DNA from: Camelus ferus
Taxonomy: Eukaryota
DNA: 64,000 nucleotides
Assembly (NCBI RefSeq): GCF_009834535.1
Contig: NC_045707.1
Span: forward strand, 47,308,001-47,372,000
Reading direction: 5' to 3'
Shown here: positions 24,645-37,089 of the stretch, in pieces
Layout of the letters: each line of letters starts with the position of its first letter
How positions within the stretch are numbered: position 1 is the first letter of the stretch
Made by a program: the position numbers and the translations under genes
Notes under the pieces: generated by a model
The model's database searches: none
What the model saw: only the letters and a program-made list of their open reading frames with translations
What the model was told of the DNA's origin: nothing

Positions 24645-24790
24645 TGTAGACATATTTAAGTTATTGCATTTATTAGCTGATTCTCTGGTTTCCAGAGATA
24701 CTAAATACAAATGGATCATGGCATTGCTCTGCTTTTCGATGTCTTTCCATTTGTCTTAGGATAAAATCCTGACTTTTATAGCTCTTATGT

Positions 24791-24892
24791 AGGGTGACTG
24801 TATAATTTATTATCAAAACTGGGATGGCTCTCAATATTTAGGGTTGGAAAACAGCTGAAGTGGGGACTCTCCTAGGAAAACCAAGATATATC
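24791..24892 (+). mobile_element. MER94-like hAT-Blackjack MITE inside an L2 3' end (~24700-25255, +)
   Basis: AGGGTGACTGTATAATTTATTATCAAAACTGGGA...GGGACTCTCCTAGGAAAACC; host L2 ends CCTGGCACGTGGTAGAGGTTCAGTAAATAC...GAATGAATGA. Confidence 0.65.
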
Positions 24893-25713
24893 CATGAGAA
24901 TCTCCTGGATCTAGCTCCTGGCCTCATTTCTTACTGTCCTCCTTTGCTCACTTGGCACAAGGAGTCTGCTGTCCCCTGGGTCATGCTTACATGTGCCTTA
25001 TTTATCTTTAGGGTCTCGGATGTCAAGTCCTCAGGAAAGCCTTCCTTGACCACCAGTCTAGAAGACAGTTTCTCTGTGTTTTCATCTCTCTGCTCCTTTC
25101 GCTCATCCTACCTGTTATGATCTCTAAGGATCTTGTCTAGGTATTTGTTTATTATCTGTATCAGCTACTGGAATGAGGTCAGGAACTTCCCTGTCTTGTT
25201 CACAGGCCTGGCACGTGGTAGAGGTTCAGTAAATACATGGCAAGTGAATGAATGATCAGGGGAAGGTCTTTAAGTTGGACTGAACAACTCACAGAGATCC
25301 CCAGTGCCTTGATTCTCGACATATGAATAAGGTATGATTCAGCAGAAGAGAATGAACTGAAACAGAGAAAAGAGGAGGGAAGAGAGAGAGAGAGAGGGGA
25401 TGAGGGAAGGTTGATGCTGGACATGTCCCTGGTTACAGGTCCTATGGATATACAATTTATCCTTTACTTCTTCCTTAATGGGGTGAGCCATTTAAATATA
25501 TTATAAGCAAACCTCTCTTTTCCTTGTGTTAACCTTAGATTAGCTAGAATTGGGGTTGGGGTTCCAGTTTTGCAACCAAAAAACTCTAGTAAAACATAAT
25601 TAACCTATTTCCTTTGGAATATATATTTCCATTTTTAAAGGAAAACGTTGTGACAAAATAAGGTAATAGTGCCCCATTATCCATTTTTTAGCCTCTATGT
25701 AAGTTAGGGGAGG

Positions 25714-25780
25714 TATAGTAGTTTCCTATTGCCGCTATAACAAATTGCCACAAAATCAGTGGCTTAAAACAATGTGAATT
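25714..25780 (-). mobile_element. MaLR LTR (MLT1C/D-like), terminal stub only
   Basis: TAGTTTCCTATTGCCGCTATAACAAATTGCCACAAAATCAGTGGCTTAAAACAA...AATTT, cut off at the L1 tail. Confidence 0.75.
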
Positions 25781-28383
25781 TCTTTTTTCTTACTAATCTG
25801 CAGTTGATTTCCAATGTTTCAGGTGTACAGCAAAGAGATTCAGTTATACATACACATATATGTATATATATTCTTTTTCAGATTCTTTTGCAACATAAGT
25901 TATTACAAGATATCAAATATAGTCCCTGTGCTATACAGTAGGTCCTAGTTGTTTATCTGTTTTGTATATAGTAGTGTGTATCTTTTAATCCCAAATTCCT
26001 AATTTATCCCTCCCCTCTCCTTTCCCCTTTGGTAACCATAAGTTTGCTTTCTATGTTGATGAGTCTATTTCTGCTTTGTAAGTAAGTTCATTTGTATCAT
26101 TTTTTAAGACTCCACATATAAGTGATACCATATGATATTTGTCTTCTACTTACTTCATTTGGTATGATAATCTCTAGGTCCATCCACGTTGCTTCAAATG
26201 GCATTATTTCATTCTTTTTTATGGTTGAATAGTATTCCATTGTATATAAATACCACATCTTTATCAGTTCATCTGTTGATGGACACTTAGGTTGCTTTCA
26301 TGTCTTGCTATTTTAAATAGTGCTGCTTTGAACATTAGATTGCATGCATCTTTTTAAATTAGTTTTCATCTTTTCCTGGATATATGCCCAGCAATGGGAT
26401 TGCTAGATCATATGGTAAATCTATTTTTAGTTTTTTAAGGAATCTCCATACTGTTTTCCATAATGGCTGCACCAAACTACATTCCCAGCAACAGTGTAGG
26501 AGGGTTCCCTTTTCTCCACATCCTCTCCAGCTTTTACAGTTTGTGGACTTTTAATGATGGTCATTCTGACCTGTGTGAGGTGTTACTTCATTGTAGTTTT
26601 GATTTGCATTTCTCTGATAATTAGCAATATTGAGCATTTTTTCATGTGCCTATTGGCCATTGGTATCTCTTTATTGGAGAAATGTTTTTCAAGTCTCCTG
26701 CCCATTTTTTAATAGGGTTTTTTTTTTTTTTTTTTTTTTTGCTATTGAGTTGTATGAGCTATTTGTATATTCTGGAAATTAAGCCCTTGTCAGTCATGTC
26801 ATTTGCAAATATTTTCTCCTAGTTCGTGGGTTGTCTTTTCGTTTTGCTTATGGTTTCCTTTGTTATGCAAAAGCTTATAAGTTTAATTAGGTCCCATTTG
26901 TTTATTTTTGCTTTTATTTCTGTTGCCTGGGTAGACTGCCCTAGGAGAACTTTAAGATTTATGTCAGAGAATGTTTTGCCTATGTTTTCTTCCAGGAGGT
27001 TTCTTGTGTCTTGTCTTATGTCTAAGTCTTAAGCTATTTTGAGCTTATTTTTGTGTATGGTGTGAGGGAGTATTCTAACTTCATTGATTTACATACAGCT
27101 GTCCAGCTTTCCCAATGCCACTTATCAAAGAGATTGTCTTTTCTCCATTGTATATTCTTGTCTCCTTTATCAAAGATCAATTGATCACAGGTATGTGGGT
27201 TTACTTCTGGGCTCTCTGTTCTGATCCATTGATCTATATGTCTGTTTTTGTGCCAATACCATGCTGTTTTGATTACTGTAGCTCTGTAGTATTGCCTGAA
27301 GACTGGGAGGGTCCTGCCTCCAGTTTCAGTCCTTTTCTTCAGCATTGCTTTGGCAATTCTGCATCTTTTGTGATTCCATGTACATTTTAGGATTATTTGT
27401 TCTAGTTCTCTGAAAAATGTTGTGGGTAATTTGGTAGGGATTACATTAAATCCGTAGATTTCTTTGCATAGTATGGCCATTTTAACAATATTAATTCCTC
27501 TAGTGCAAGATTATGGGAAATTTTTCCATTTCTTTAAACTATCTTTAATTTCCTTAATTAATGTTTTATAGTTCTCTGCATATAAGTCTGTCAGCTCCTT
27601 GGTCAGGTTTATTCCTAACTAATTTTTAATGTGATTTAAAAAAGGATTTTTAAAAACTTTTCTTTTCTGCTGTTTCATTGTTAGTATAAAGAAATGCAAC
27701 TGATTTCTGTATGTTAATCTTGTATCCTTCTACCTTGCCAGATTCTTTTATCAGCTCTAGTAGTTTTTGTGTGGAGTCTTTAGAGTTTTCTATTTATAGT
27801 AGCATGTTATCAACATATAGGGACAATTTTACCTCTTGTCTTCTAATTTGGATCCCTTTTATTTAATTTTCTTGTCTGACTGCTATGGCTAGGACTTCCA
27901 ATACTATGTTGAATAGAAGAGGTGATATAGTGGGCATCCTTGTCTTGTTTCAGACTTTGGGGGGATGGCTTTCAACTTTTCACCATTAAGTATTATGTTG
28001 GCTGTGGGTTTGTCATAAATAGCTTTTGTTATATTGAGGTATGTTCCCTTTATACTCACTTTGGAAAGAGTTTTTATCTATGAATGGATGTTGAATTTAA
28101 TCAAATGCTTTTATATGCATCTATTGAGATAACCATGTGGTTTTTGTTCTTTCTTTTGTTGATTAATTTGTGTATGTTGAACCATCCTTGTGACCCTGGG
28201 ATAAATCCAACTTGATTGAAGTGTATGATCTTTTTTATGCATTGTTGGATTTGGTTTGCTAATATTTTGTTGAGAATTTTTGTGTCTATTTCACCAAAGA
28301 TATTGGCCTATAATTTTCTTCCTTTCTTTCTCTCTTCCTTTCTCTCTTTCTCTCTTCCTTTCTCTCTTTCTCTCTCTCTCTCT

Positions 28384-28436
<53 letters not shown>

Positions 28437-28441
28437 TTTCT

Positions 28442-28493
<52 letters not shown>

Positions 28494-29362
28494 TTCTTTC
28501 TTTCTTTCTTTTCTTTCTTTCTTTGTCGTGTCTTTGTCTGGTTTTGGTATCAGGGTAATGGTGACTTCATAGAATGAGTTTGGGAGTGTTCCCTCCTCTT
28601 CAATCTTTTGGAAGAGTTTGAGAAGGATTTATATGAGTTCTTCTTTGTATGTTTGACCCCAGTGAAGCCATCAGGTCCTGGACTTCTGTTTGCAGGGAGG
28701 GTTTTTTGTTTTGTTTTGTTTTTTTTACTGATTCTATTTGACTTCTGGTGATCAGTCTGTTCAAATTATCTATTTCTTCTTGATTCAGTTTTGGTGAGCT
28801 GTGTGTTTCTAGAAACTTGTCCGTTTCTTTTAGGTTGTCCAATCTGTTACCATATAATTGTTTATAGTATTCTCTTACAGCTTTTTGTATTACTGTTGTA
28901 TTGGTTGTAATTTTTCCTCTTTCATTTTTTTTTAAAGTTTTGTTTATTTGAGTCCTCTCTCTTTTCTTCTTACTGATCCTGGCCAGAGGTTTGTCAATTT
29001 TGTTTACTCTTTCCAAAAACCAGCTCTTGGTTTTCTTCTTTTTCTAATTCTTTTTGATGATACATTAGGTTGTTTATTTGAGATTGTTCTTGTTTTTTTG
29101 AGGAAGGCCTGTATTGCTATAAACTTCCCTCTTAGGATTGCTTTTGTTGCATCCCATAGATTTTGTGTGGTTGTGTTTTCATTGTCATTTATTTCAAGGT
29201 ATTTTTAAATTTTCTCTTTGATTTCATTATTCACCTATTGGTTTTTTAGTAGCATATTGTTTAGTGTTCATGCAATATTTTTTTTTTCTCGTTTGTTTTT
29301 CTGTGGTTGATTTCTAGTCTTCTAGCCATTGTGGTCAGAAAAGATGCTTGAAATAATTTCTT
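25781..29362 (-). mobile_element. Artiodactyl/camelid LINE-1, 3' UTR plus most of ORF2 (non-inverted part)
   Basis: Minus-strand ORFs 27034-27480 ([22 protein letters not shown]) and 28600-29016 (NKIDKPLAR...KLNQEEIDNLNR) are ORF2p; the segment starts at EIISSIFSDHNG (end of the endonuclease domain); frameshifts and stops present. Confidence 0.95.
28317..28524. repeat. (TTTC)n/(TC)n compound microsatellite inside L1 ORF2
   Basis: ~200 bp pyrimidine-only tract read directly; flanks GGCCTATAATTTTCT and GTGTCTTTGTCTGGTTTTGGTATCAGGG are adjacent in L1. Confidence 0.95.
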
Positions 29363-29363
29363 G

Positions 29364-29807
29364 AGCAATACTCATACCAGACAAAATAGACTTTAAAACA
29401 AAGGCCATAAAGAAAGATAAAGAAGGATACTACATAATGATAAAAGGAACAATACAAAAAGAGGATATTACACTCATTAACATATATGTGCTCAGTATAA
29501 GAGAACCTAAGTACATAAAACAAATACTAACAGACATAAAGGGGGATATTGATTGGAATACAATAATAATAGGAGACTTTAACACTGCACTAACATCATT
29601 GGACAGATCTTCCACACAGAAAATCAATAAGGCAATGGAGATACAAATGACACAATAGAACAGTTAGATTTAATTGATATTTTCAGGACATTACATCCAA
29701 AAAACCCAGAATATACATTCTTTTTAAATGCACATGAAACATTCTCTAGGATAGGCCACATACTTGGACACAAAACAAGCCTCAACAAATTTAAGATAGA
29801 AATTATT
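29364..29807 (+). pseudogene. Inverted 5' segment of the same L1: ORF2p endonuclease-domain fragment
   Basis: Translates AILIPDKIDFKTKAIKKDKEGYYIMIKGTIQKEDITLINIY...IIIGDFNT (ORF 29437-29658), opposite in orientation to 25781-29362. Confidence 0.93.
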
Positions 29808-30449
29808 AAAAGGAAATATTTTTAACATTACCAAGATAACAATAACATTGTTTGGCAATAAAAAAAAAATAACAGTTTTACATCCTTAAGTAGCATCTGA
29901 TTTCATTAAATGTTTTTATATTTAATTTTTCTACAAATTATGTTGTGGGGGGCAGGGGTGGGGAAGTGAGCCCTCTGTACTCTCATTCCCCAGTGGGGCA
30001 ATAATAAATGATATTATTCTCTCAACATCATGCACAAACAGCATATTAGGAAATCTTTAGTGCTTTAGACTACTCCCTCAATAGTAATCATAAAATAAGT
30101 TCAAAGGAACAGAAATACAGGTCAACCATAAGAACACTTTTGTAAAATGCAATCACAGGGGTATGTGTAATTATGGTGAAGATCAACTCCACAGCATATC
30201 TCTCTGTGGAATGACTATTCCTTGCCAGTAAAATTTAAGATTTTTAAAATCTATTTATTTAGCTCACCACTCTCAATTTCCTTACTGTTTATTTTTCTTC
30301 ACCATCCTCTTTAACTACTTTATATTGTATTTTTATTTATTTTCTTGTTTCTTGGTTACCTCACTAAAATGTAGACTCTACAGGGCAGGGTCTTTTCTGC
30401 CTTATTCACTGGAATATCCACAGTGTCCAGTCACAAATGCCATTTGCAA

Positions 30450-30740
30450 GGTGAGGAGTGACTGGAGGTGATACCAAAGGGATGTGGAGTGACTGGATTG
30501 TGGAGGAGCTGAAGGGGCTTTGACTGGATCCTGAGACAGTGGGAAATCACAGAAGGGTATTAAGCTGGCAGTTGAGGGATTATGAGTAACATGATCAGAC
30601 TTGGATTTTAGATAATAATTCTGAGTTTGGTGTGGAGAAAGGGTTTGAGTTGATGGAACAGTCTGGAGGCAGGGATACCAGTGAAGAGGCTACTGTGACA
30701 TTCCAGGAGAGTGGAGATGAGAGCCAAGCTAGAAAATTGG
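30450..30740 (-). mobile_element. L2 fragment (a plus-strand L2 3' fragment precedes it at ~30250-30430)
   Basis: GTGGGAAATCACAGAAGGGTATTAAGC...AACATGATCAGACTTGGATTTTAGA...CTGGAGGCAGGGATACCAGTGAAGAGGCTACTG. Confidence 0.7.
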
Positions 30741-30784
30741 TAATAATGAGAGCAATAATAATTATTATTTATTTAACAAAGTTT

Positions 30785-31182
30785 TCTGCACAGATGGTCA
30801 CTGAAATCCATTTCCTAGACTACATTTCCCAGGTTCCTTTGCAATTAGATGTGGCCATGTGATTATGTTCTAACCAATAGAATGTGAGAAGAAATAATTG
30901 ATCTTCAATTCCAGGCCTGACTCATGGGAATTTCCTATACACACTCCTCTCTGTTCTTTCCTTTTTCTGGCTAAGGGGGATGGAGAAGCCATTTACTGGA
31001 GATAACTGGGAAGCCACTGATATAGGTCCTTGTACAGTCATGTACAGAATAGTTGCCTCAACTGACCAGGAACACCTAGGAATGTTATGTAAGTTAGGAA
31101 GAAAAATCTACTATGTTTGAGCCATAATTTGAGGATAATTTTAGCTCTATTTGTTATAGCAGCAAATGTTACCATAATGAAT
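30785..31182 (+). mobile_element. MaLR solo LTR (MLT1I/H-like)
   Basis: AGACTACATTTCCCAGG...GCAATTAGATGTGGCCATGTGA...CCAATAGAATGTGAG...TATTTGTTATAGCAGC. Confidence 0.75.
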
Positions 31183-31212
31183 TTAAGCACTCATTTTTGG
31201 CTGGCACCATTC

Positions 31213-31214
<2 letters not shown>

Positions 31215-31245
<31 letters not shown>

Positions 31246-31838
31246 TCCCTTTTAATTGAATATAGTCAGTTACAATGTGTCAATTTCTAGTGTACAGCAT
31301 AATGTTTCAGTCACACATGTATATACATATATTCATTTTTGTAGTCTTTTTCACTATAGGTTACTACAAGATATTGAATATAGTTCCCTGTGCTATATAG
31401 AAGAAATTTGTTTTCTTATCTGTCTTTATATATAGTAGTTAATATCTGCAAATCTCTAACTCTTAACTTATCCCTTCCTACCCACTTACACCCTAGTAAC
31501 CATAAGATTGTTTACTATGTCTGTTAGTCTGTTTCTGTTTTGTAGATGAGTTCATTAGTGTCTTTTTTTTTTAATATTCCACATATGAGTGATATCATAT
31601 AGTATTTTTCTTTCTCTTTCTGGCTTACTTCACTTAGAATGACAATCTCAGGTCCATCCATGTTGCTGCAAATGGCATTATTTTATTCTTTTTTATGTCT
31701 GAGTAGTATTCCATTGTATAAATATACCACAGTTTCTTTATCCAGTCATCTGTCAATGGACATTTAGGTTATTTCCATGTCTTGGCTATTTTATATAGTG
31801 CTGTTATGAACACTGGGGTGCATGTATCTTTATAATGT
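31215..31838 (-). mobile_element. Young camelid L1 3' end inserted in a MIR
   Basis: (TTTA)n tail and L1 3' UTR/ORF2 end; perfect 11-bp TSD GCACCATTCTT (31204-31214 and 31839-31849); MIR resumes at 31850-32030. Confidence 0.92.
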
Positions 31839-32230
31839 GCACCATTCTTAATGCTTTCTATACAATAACTCATTTAATTTTCACAACAATCCATTGAGTA
31901 ACATACTATTAATATTATCCCCAACTTACAGATCAGAAAAATGCAATAAAGAGGATCTGTGTAACCTATTTCCATTACGTAGCTGGGCAATGACAGAGCC
32001 AGATTTCAGTGTTCTGGTTCCAGTATTTTAAGCAAAATCTGATGGTGGAGATGGATAGAAATAAATAGATTTTTAAAAAAAAAAAGATATATATCCTTTC
32101 TTTGCAATTAAACATTCTAAATAAAAACAGAACCTTAAAAATGTTTAATGGTCAAGCATGGACATTAATTTAAATTGAAGTTCCTATTTATGAAGTAGTA
32201 ATATTTCCAAAAAAATTTTAAAAGGCAAAT

Positions 32231-32645
32231 TGCTTTTGGTTGGATTTTCTGGAAATGAACTCTGAAAGTGAGATTTCCAAAGCAGGAGGTTTATCAGGAA
32301 GTGCTCCCTGGAAGTAAGGGGAGTAGGGTTGGGTAGAGAGAGAAATTGAACTATGATATAGTTATAACAGAGAACTCAGCCTATCCCATGGGAAACTCTG
32401 GAGCTGGGCTAAGCCTTTAGAGTTATTCCCCATCAAGGCAGGAGGTCTGGGCTTTTATGTCCTGCTTCAACCAGTCATTGAATGTGAGCTGCCGGTGGGG
32501 AGGGGACATAAGCTTGGGTGAGGCAGCACCTTTGGAGAGGGATTTAGCTATGAACTAGTGTTCCCAGCAGCTAGAGGAATGGCATTGTGGTCTTGAAGGG
32601 GTGGGGGTAGGGGAATCTGGGTGTTACATCACAGTATTCAATGTA
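32231..32645 (-). mobile_element. ERVL solo LTR (LTR16-like)
   Basis: GCAGGAGGTTTATCAGGAAGTGCTC...GAAATTGAACTATGAT...CTCAGCCTATCCCATGGGAAACTCTGGAGCTGGG...CCAGTCATTGAATGTGAGCTGCC. Confidence 0.8.
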
Positions 32646-33419
32646 GAAACAGTTCAGAATAAATAAATACCATTTTTATAAATTTTGGTTTTTCCAGATG
32701 GCTCCACTCATCTTCAGACTCACATAGCCCACTATTTCCTGATTGTGCCTGAAACATAAGAGGGTGTATCATGAAAGAACTGATGAGACATGAGACTTCA
32801 AAGGTGAGTTGAGCTGATGTGAAAGCTGAAATGGTATGCCAAGGGGTCTGGGTGACAGGGAAGTCTGGTGGCAGCATGGAGATGGAGTAGCACGGAGACA
32901 TACTCTTGACCAGTGTACCATTTGGACCTGCTGTAACAACCCATTGCTATGAGGACCTGAAACAGGTCCTGAACTAGGATCAATGGGATGGAGAAGGGCT
33001 GAACTTGCAAGACATTTTAAGGGTGATTTTTAATGGTTTTAATGGCTGAATGTAAAGATGAGGGAAGATTTGAAGCAAATTCTATAGTTGAAGCTTGGGA
33101 AATTGTGCGAAAGGTGGCGCTTGAAGGGAGATTGTGCTCATGTCTACCCTACGGGGGCCAGCATGAAGTCTTGCATATCTTTTTAATTGACATAATGATA
33201 ATAATCCTTCCTTCCTTCCTTCTTTTCTTCCTTTTCTTCTTTCTTGCCTTCCTTCCTTCCTTTACTTTTTCTTTTATCTGAGGAGACTTTCTATTGCTTC
33301 CTCCTGTGCCTTAAAATGAGTTGTTCTTTCCATTTGTAATTGGCTTTTTTCATTAATCTATTTTAACAAAAATTTCTTTCATCATGTCTTCCCTTTTCAA
33401 TTATAAATCTAAGCATACC

Positions 33420-33473
33420 AAAACAAAACATACACTTAAGTAAAACAAAACTTACACTTGAGTAAAACAAAAC
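33420..33473. repeat. 22-bp tandem repeat, ~2.5 copies
   Basis: AAAACAAAACATACACTTAAGT / AAAACAAAACTTACACTTGAGT / AAAACAAAAC. Confidence 0.85.
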
Positions 33474-33984
33474 AAAGTTTTAAAGCACAGATAGGAAACC
33501 CATTTTCCCTTGTATCTTCATTTTTTGGCAGTTCTGTTGTGACCTATATTGGAATTTCTGATAACAACAGCCTTGGACTGTAGGTGTAATGAGAGGTGAC
33601 ATGAAGTGTGCTGGACTTGGGAACAATGTTACCTTATGAGTGGCTGGTTGCTCTCAGGTATATAAATGTGCAAGACAGTTTGTTGAGGCTGGGTCTGAAT
33701 GACTGTATTAAATCCCTTGGTGTACTCAGTGAGTGTAGCCATTATGCAACTCTAGTCATTGTAATATACCCTTTTTATTTTCTGGAGCAAAAGTAATTTT
33801 CTGACATGAAATACACAATGTTAGAATCTAGCCTTCTGCAGGCTGCATTTTTGCCAAGTAATTTGAAGACTTCTAATAGTGTAGAATTTTATTTTTAAAA
33901 AGAAAAAAGTTAGTAATTAAGTGAGAGCAAATCAGTGTAGAAGACGTAGATGCTGTCTATACTCAGGGCAGCCAGATGAAACCA

Positions 33985-34130
33985 TCATTCACTGAACATT
34001 TATTGTATAGCTTATCTGTGCCAGGTACTAGCTTAGGTGTGCCAAGAATACAAAGATGGATGAGACAGATGAGGTCCCATCTCTTACAGAATGTACCTTT
34101 TAATTATGGGAAAGAGAAAATAAGAAATAA
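33985..34130 (-). mobile_element. L2 3' end
   Basis: CATTCACTGAACATTTATTG...TGTGCCAGGTACT...AATACAAAGATGGATGAGACAG. Confidence 0.7.
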
Positions 34131-34439
34131 TAAGATAGCTTCCAAAGTCTGCAAGTGCTTGGAAGAAAAGTTGGATTTCTTTTGTTTATCCACCCCTTCC
34201 TATTTCAAGAGGCTACGTGGCTGAGAAACTGGGTCTTTTAGGGACCTAGGAATGGAATAATGTGAACCCAAACTTGTTACCTGAATAGGTAAATTGACAT
34301 ACTCTGGGGGTTTGTTGGGAAAGGGAGGATGGGATTTTAAAACTTCGAATATAAATAGGATAGATATAATTTAAACTTCCTCCTGGAACTGATATCAGGC
34401 ATTGTCCATGAAGGCATTGATAATAGTAACAATTAGCTA

Positions 34440-35130
34440 GGGAAAATTATGTGGGCTCTCTTCCAGCCAGTTTCCACTTAAGTGACTTGTAGGAGGAACC
34501 AGGTTTCTCTATACCCTCTGTAAGGACTCAGCTGGTGCTCAGAGCACACTAAATGAGTGCCCACACCTGCCCATCTCTGCCCCCAAGAGCTGAATTTCAC
34601 ACTTTCTGAGAGTCAGAATTATCTGTTCCCTAACATATTTGTGCCAGCTTTACTTGTTATTAAAATTATGCAATTTACTTAATATGACATTAACTAATGA
34701 AACATGAGTCTGGAGAGAGAGTGAGAGAGAGGGAGAGAAATACTACGATGAAATTTAAATGGAATGCTTTGGGAAGACTCAATAATTTCAAATGAGTTAA
34801 TGAGCAAAGATTGGGAAAAATAATAACATCTAAAGTATCTTGCTCATGAGTGTCTTTAGGTTCTTACCCACTATAAAGAAAGAAAAAATGGAAGTAAAAA
34901 ATGAGATTTTATGGGTGTTGTCTGGGTAAAAAAAATGTAGCTGTGGAACCTTTCCAGTAAATTCATAGTGAGGGAAAGTGCCCTGACTTTCTACTGGATT
35001 GAGTACATTTACACTTATTTAAGTTAAAATATCATGTTTACAACATAAATGTATCCTTCCCCTTGCCTCCCAACATTTCTGATTAGCTGATAATTAGCAA
35101 CTCTGATTGTGTTGTGTAAGATTTTTACTG
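34440..35130 (+). mobile_element. Tigger15a-like (TcMar-Tigger) DNA transposon with degraded transposase N-terminus
   Basis: ATGAAATTTAAATGGAATGCTTTGGGAAGACTC (MKFKWNALGRL, like the Tigger HTH start) and ATTTTATGGGTG; ends TTTTTACTG followed by TA. Confidence 0.7.
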
Positions 35131-36179
35131 TATTGTAAGGTGTGTGTTCAGTGCAACGGGGACTCACAATCCCTCCATTCAAGGAGCTCCAGAGTACAGT
35201 CCTAACATTATTAGATAACGAATGTATATATCATCCAGTAATTCCTTAACCTGAGACAAATCTCCTTTTCCTCATTTGCACAGCAGAAGCAAAGAAAATA
35301 TTTTCACACTTCAGCAGCACCTTTCCTTTGAGAATTTCAAAGCTCTTTAAGGAACAAATCTCTAATTAAGCAGTAATGCTCATCTCCCCAGAGAGAGGCG
35401 GACAGAGGGGATTTATTATCCTCTCACAGAGGATGTTAGAACCATGCTAAGTAGCTAACAGGTGTCTCCGTGCTGTCTCTCAGGAGAATTATGTTTCTGC
35501 TAATCTCCCAGCCACACTGTGTCCTGTTCCCTATTCTTAATAATTCCCAGTATTACAGAGAACTATGTGAACATGAAAAAAGCACTTGTCCATGGGCCAG
35601 GACACGTGGGCTCAGACCCTGGCTGTGCCACTAACTCATGGGACCTTGGACATTTTGGTCAGCCTTTCCATGCCTCATATGCTGTAAAACAAGAATGACA
35701 GTACTGGTCATAGCAGCCAACCAGGTTGGGGAAAAAAATGTTTTTCAAACAAATATGAACATTGTAGCTGCAGATAGTGGCTTTCATTTTGTTTACCTTA
35801 TTTCCACATCAAAACATGGGCTGGCTTTTTGTTATGATATTTTTTGATCATGTTTTGATTTATAGGTTCTGGTTTGAACCTTCATTCTTGAGAGCAGAAG
35901 TGAAAGTTCTTCTTTAAATTCTCTTATCCCAGTCTTGCACAGCTCCCCCTCCCCTTTCACCATCTTCCAGTGTCAGTCCTAGACTCATAATAAGAGTATG
36001 TAAAGAGAGAGTAAGACTGTGGTAGGATAATGATCTAATTGTACTCTTAACTACAAGATACCAGTGAATGGTAGCTGTTTCCTAAAGGTGTTGAGTGACT
36101 CACTTTATCTCTTTACTCATTCACAAAAAATATTGCTGATAATGGCCAAAAAAGAAAAAAAAGTGAAATATATTTAATT

Positions 36180-36505
36180 TCTAACAATAGGGGGGTATTC
36201 AGGGTAAATGATGGTACTTCCACACAATGAATATTTATAAAAAGATGTTGTAGATAAATATTTATTGTCGTAAAATGACAGTATGATAATTAAGTGAAAA
36301 AGCAACCCCAAATTGGTAATGTGCAACACAATCCCATCATTATTTAAAAAAACAAGTATTTTAATAAAACATATTTGGAAGGGTATACAGTGGCTAACTC
36401 TAGGTGGTGGGATTACAGAAATAGATTTTCCTTCTTTATACCTATCTGCATTTTCTAACTTTCTATAATGGACATACGTTGCTTTTAGCAAAAGAAAAAA
36501 ACTGA
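36180..36505 (+). mobile_element. Ancient L1ME-type 3' end
   Basis: ATGGTACTTCCACACAATGAATATT...CTCTAGGTGGTGGGATTACAG...CTGCATTTTCTAACTTTCTATAATG with A-rich tail. Confidence 0.7.
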
Positions 36506-37089
36506 TTTAAATTAAAATTCTATTGATGCAAAAGCTGCTTGTGGGAATGAATAACATTTTGAAGAAAATAAATGCCAACTCAAGGATGGAAAACTTTTTT
36601 TGAATAGGAAGGATAAATTTCATTCTTCTTTAAAAGGGTAGAGTCACTGACAGATGTTTGTAATAAAGTATCAATCGCAAACTTGTTTCTTCTTAACTGA
36701 ATTCTGCCTTAAATTGCTTCTAAAATGGACTTACATTCAAGGTAAATAAGTGTGATATTTTGAAGTATCTAAATTAAACAATAATAAATAGCAATACAAT
36801 GTAATTTTTTTCTCTTCTGCCAAAATATCACTTTAAAACAAATCACCATATAAGATAGAGGGTAGACGTATTTATCTTTCTTATCAAAATAAAAGCCATA
36901 GGTTACCAAGTGCTTTCTATGTGCCTATATGTCAGATACTTGGAATGTTAAATTTATTGGTTAATTTATTTACCATAGGAGAAAGGTATTATTGTATTCA
37001 TTTTATAGTTGCTAAAAACTAAACTCCAAAAAATTGTTTCTTAATTAACTGTATGTAGCAGAACCACATAGTTTTAAAAAAATTACGTA

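Noticed and set aside
28216..28572. Hydrophobic F/L/S-rich ORFs resembling membrane proteins
   Set aside because: They are translations of the (TTTC)n microsatellite.
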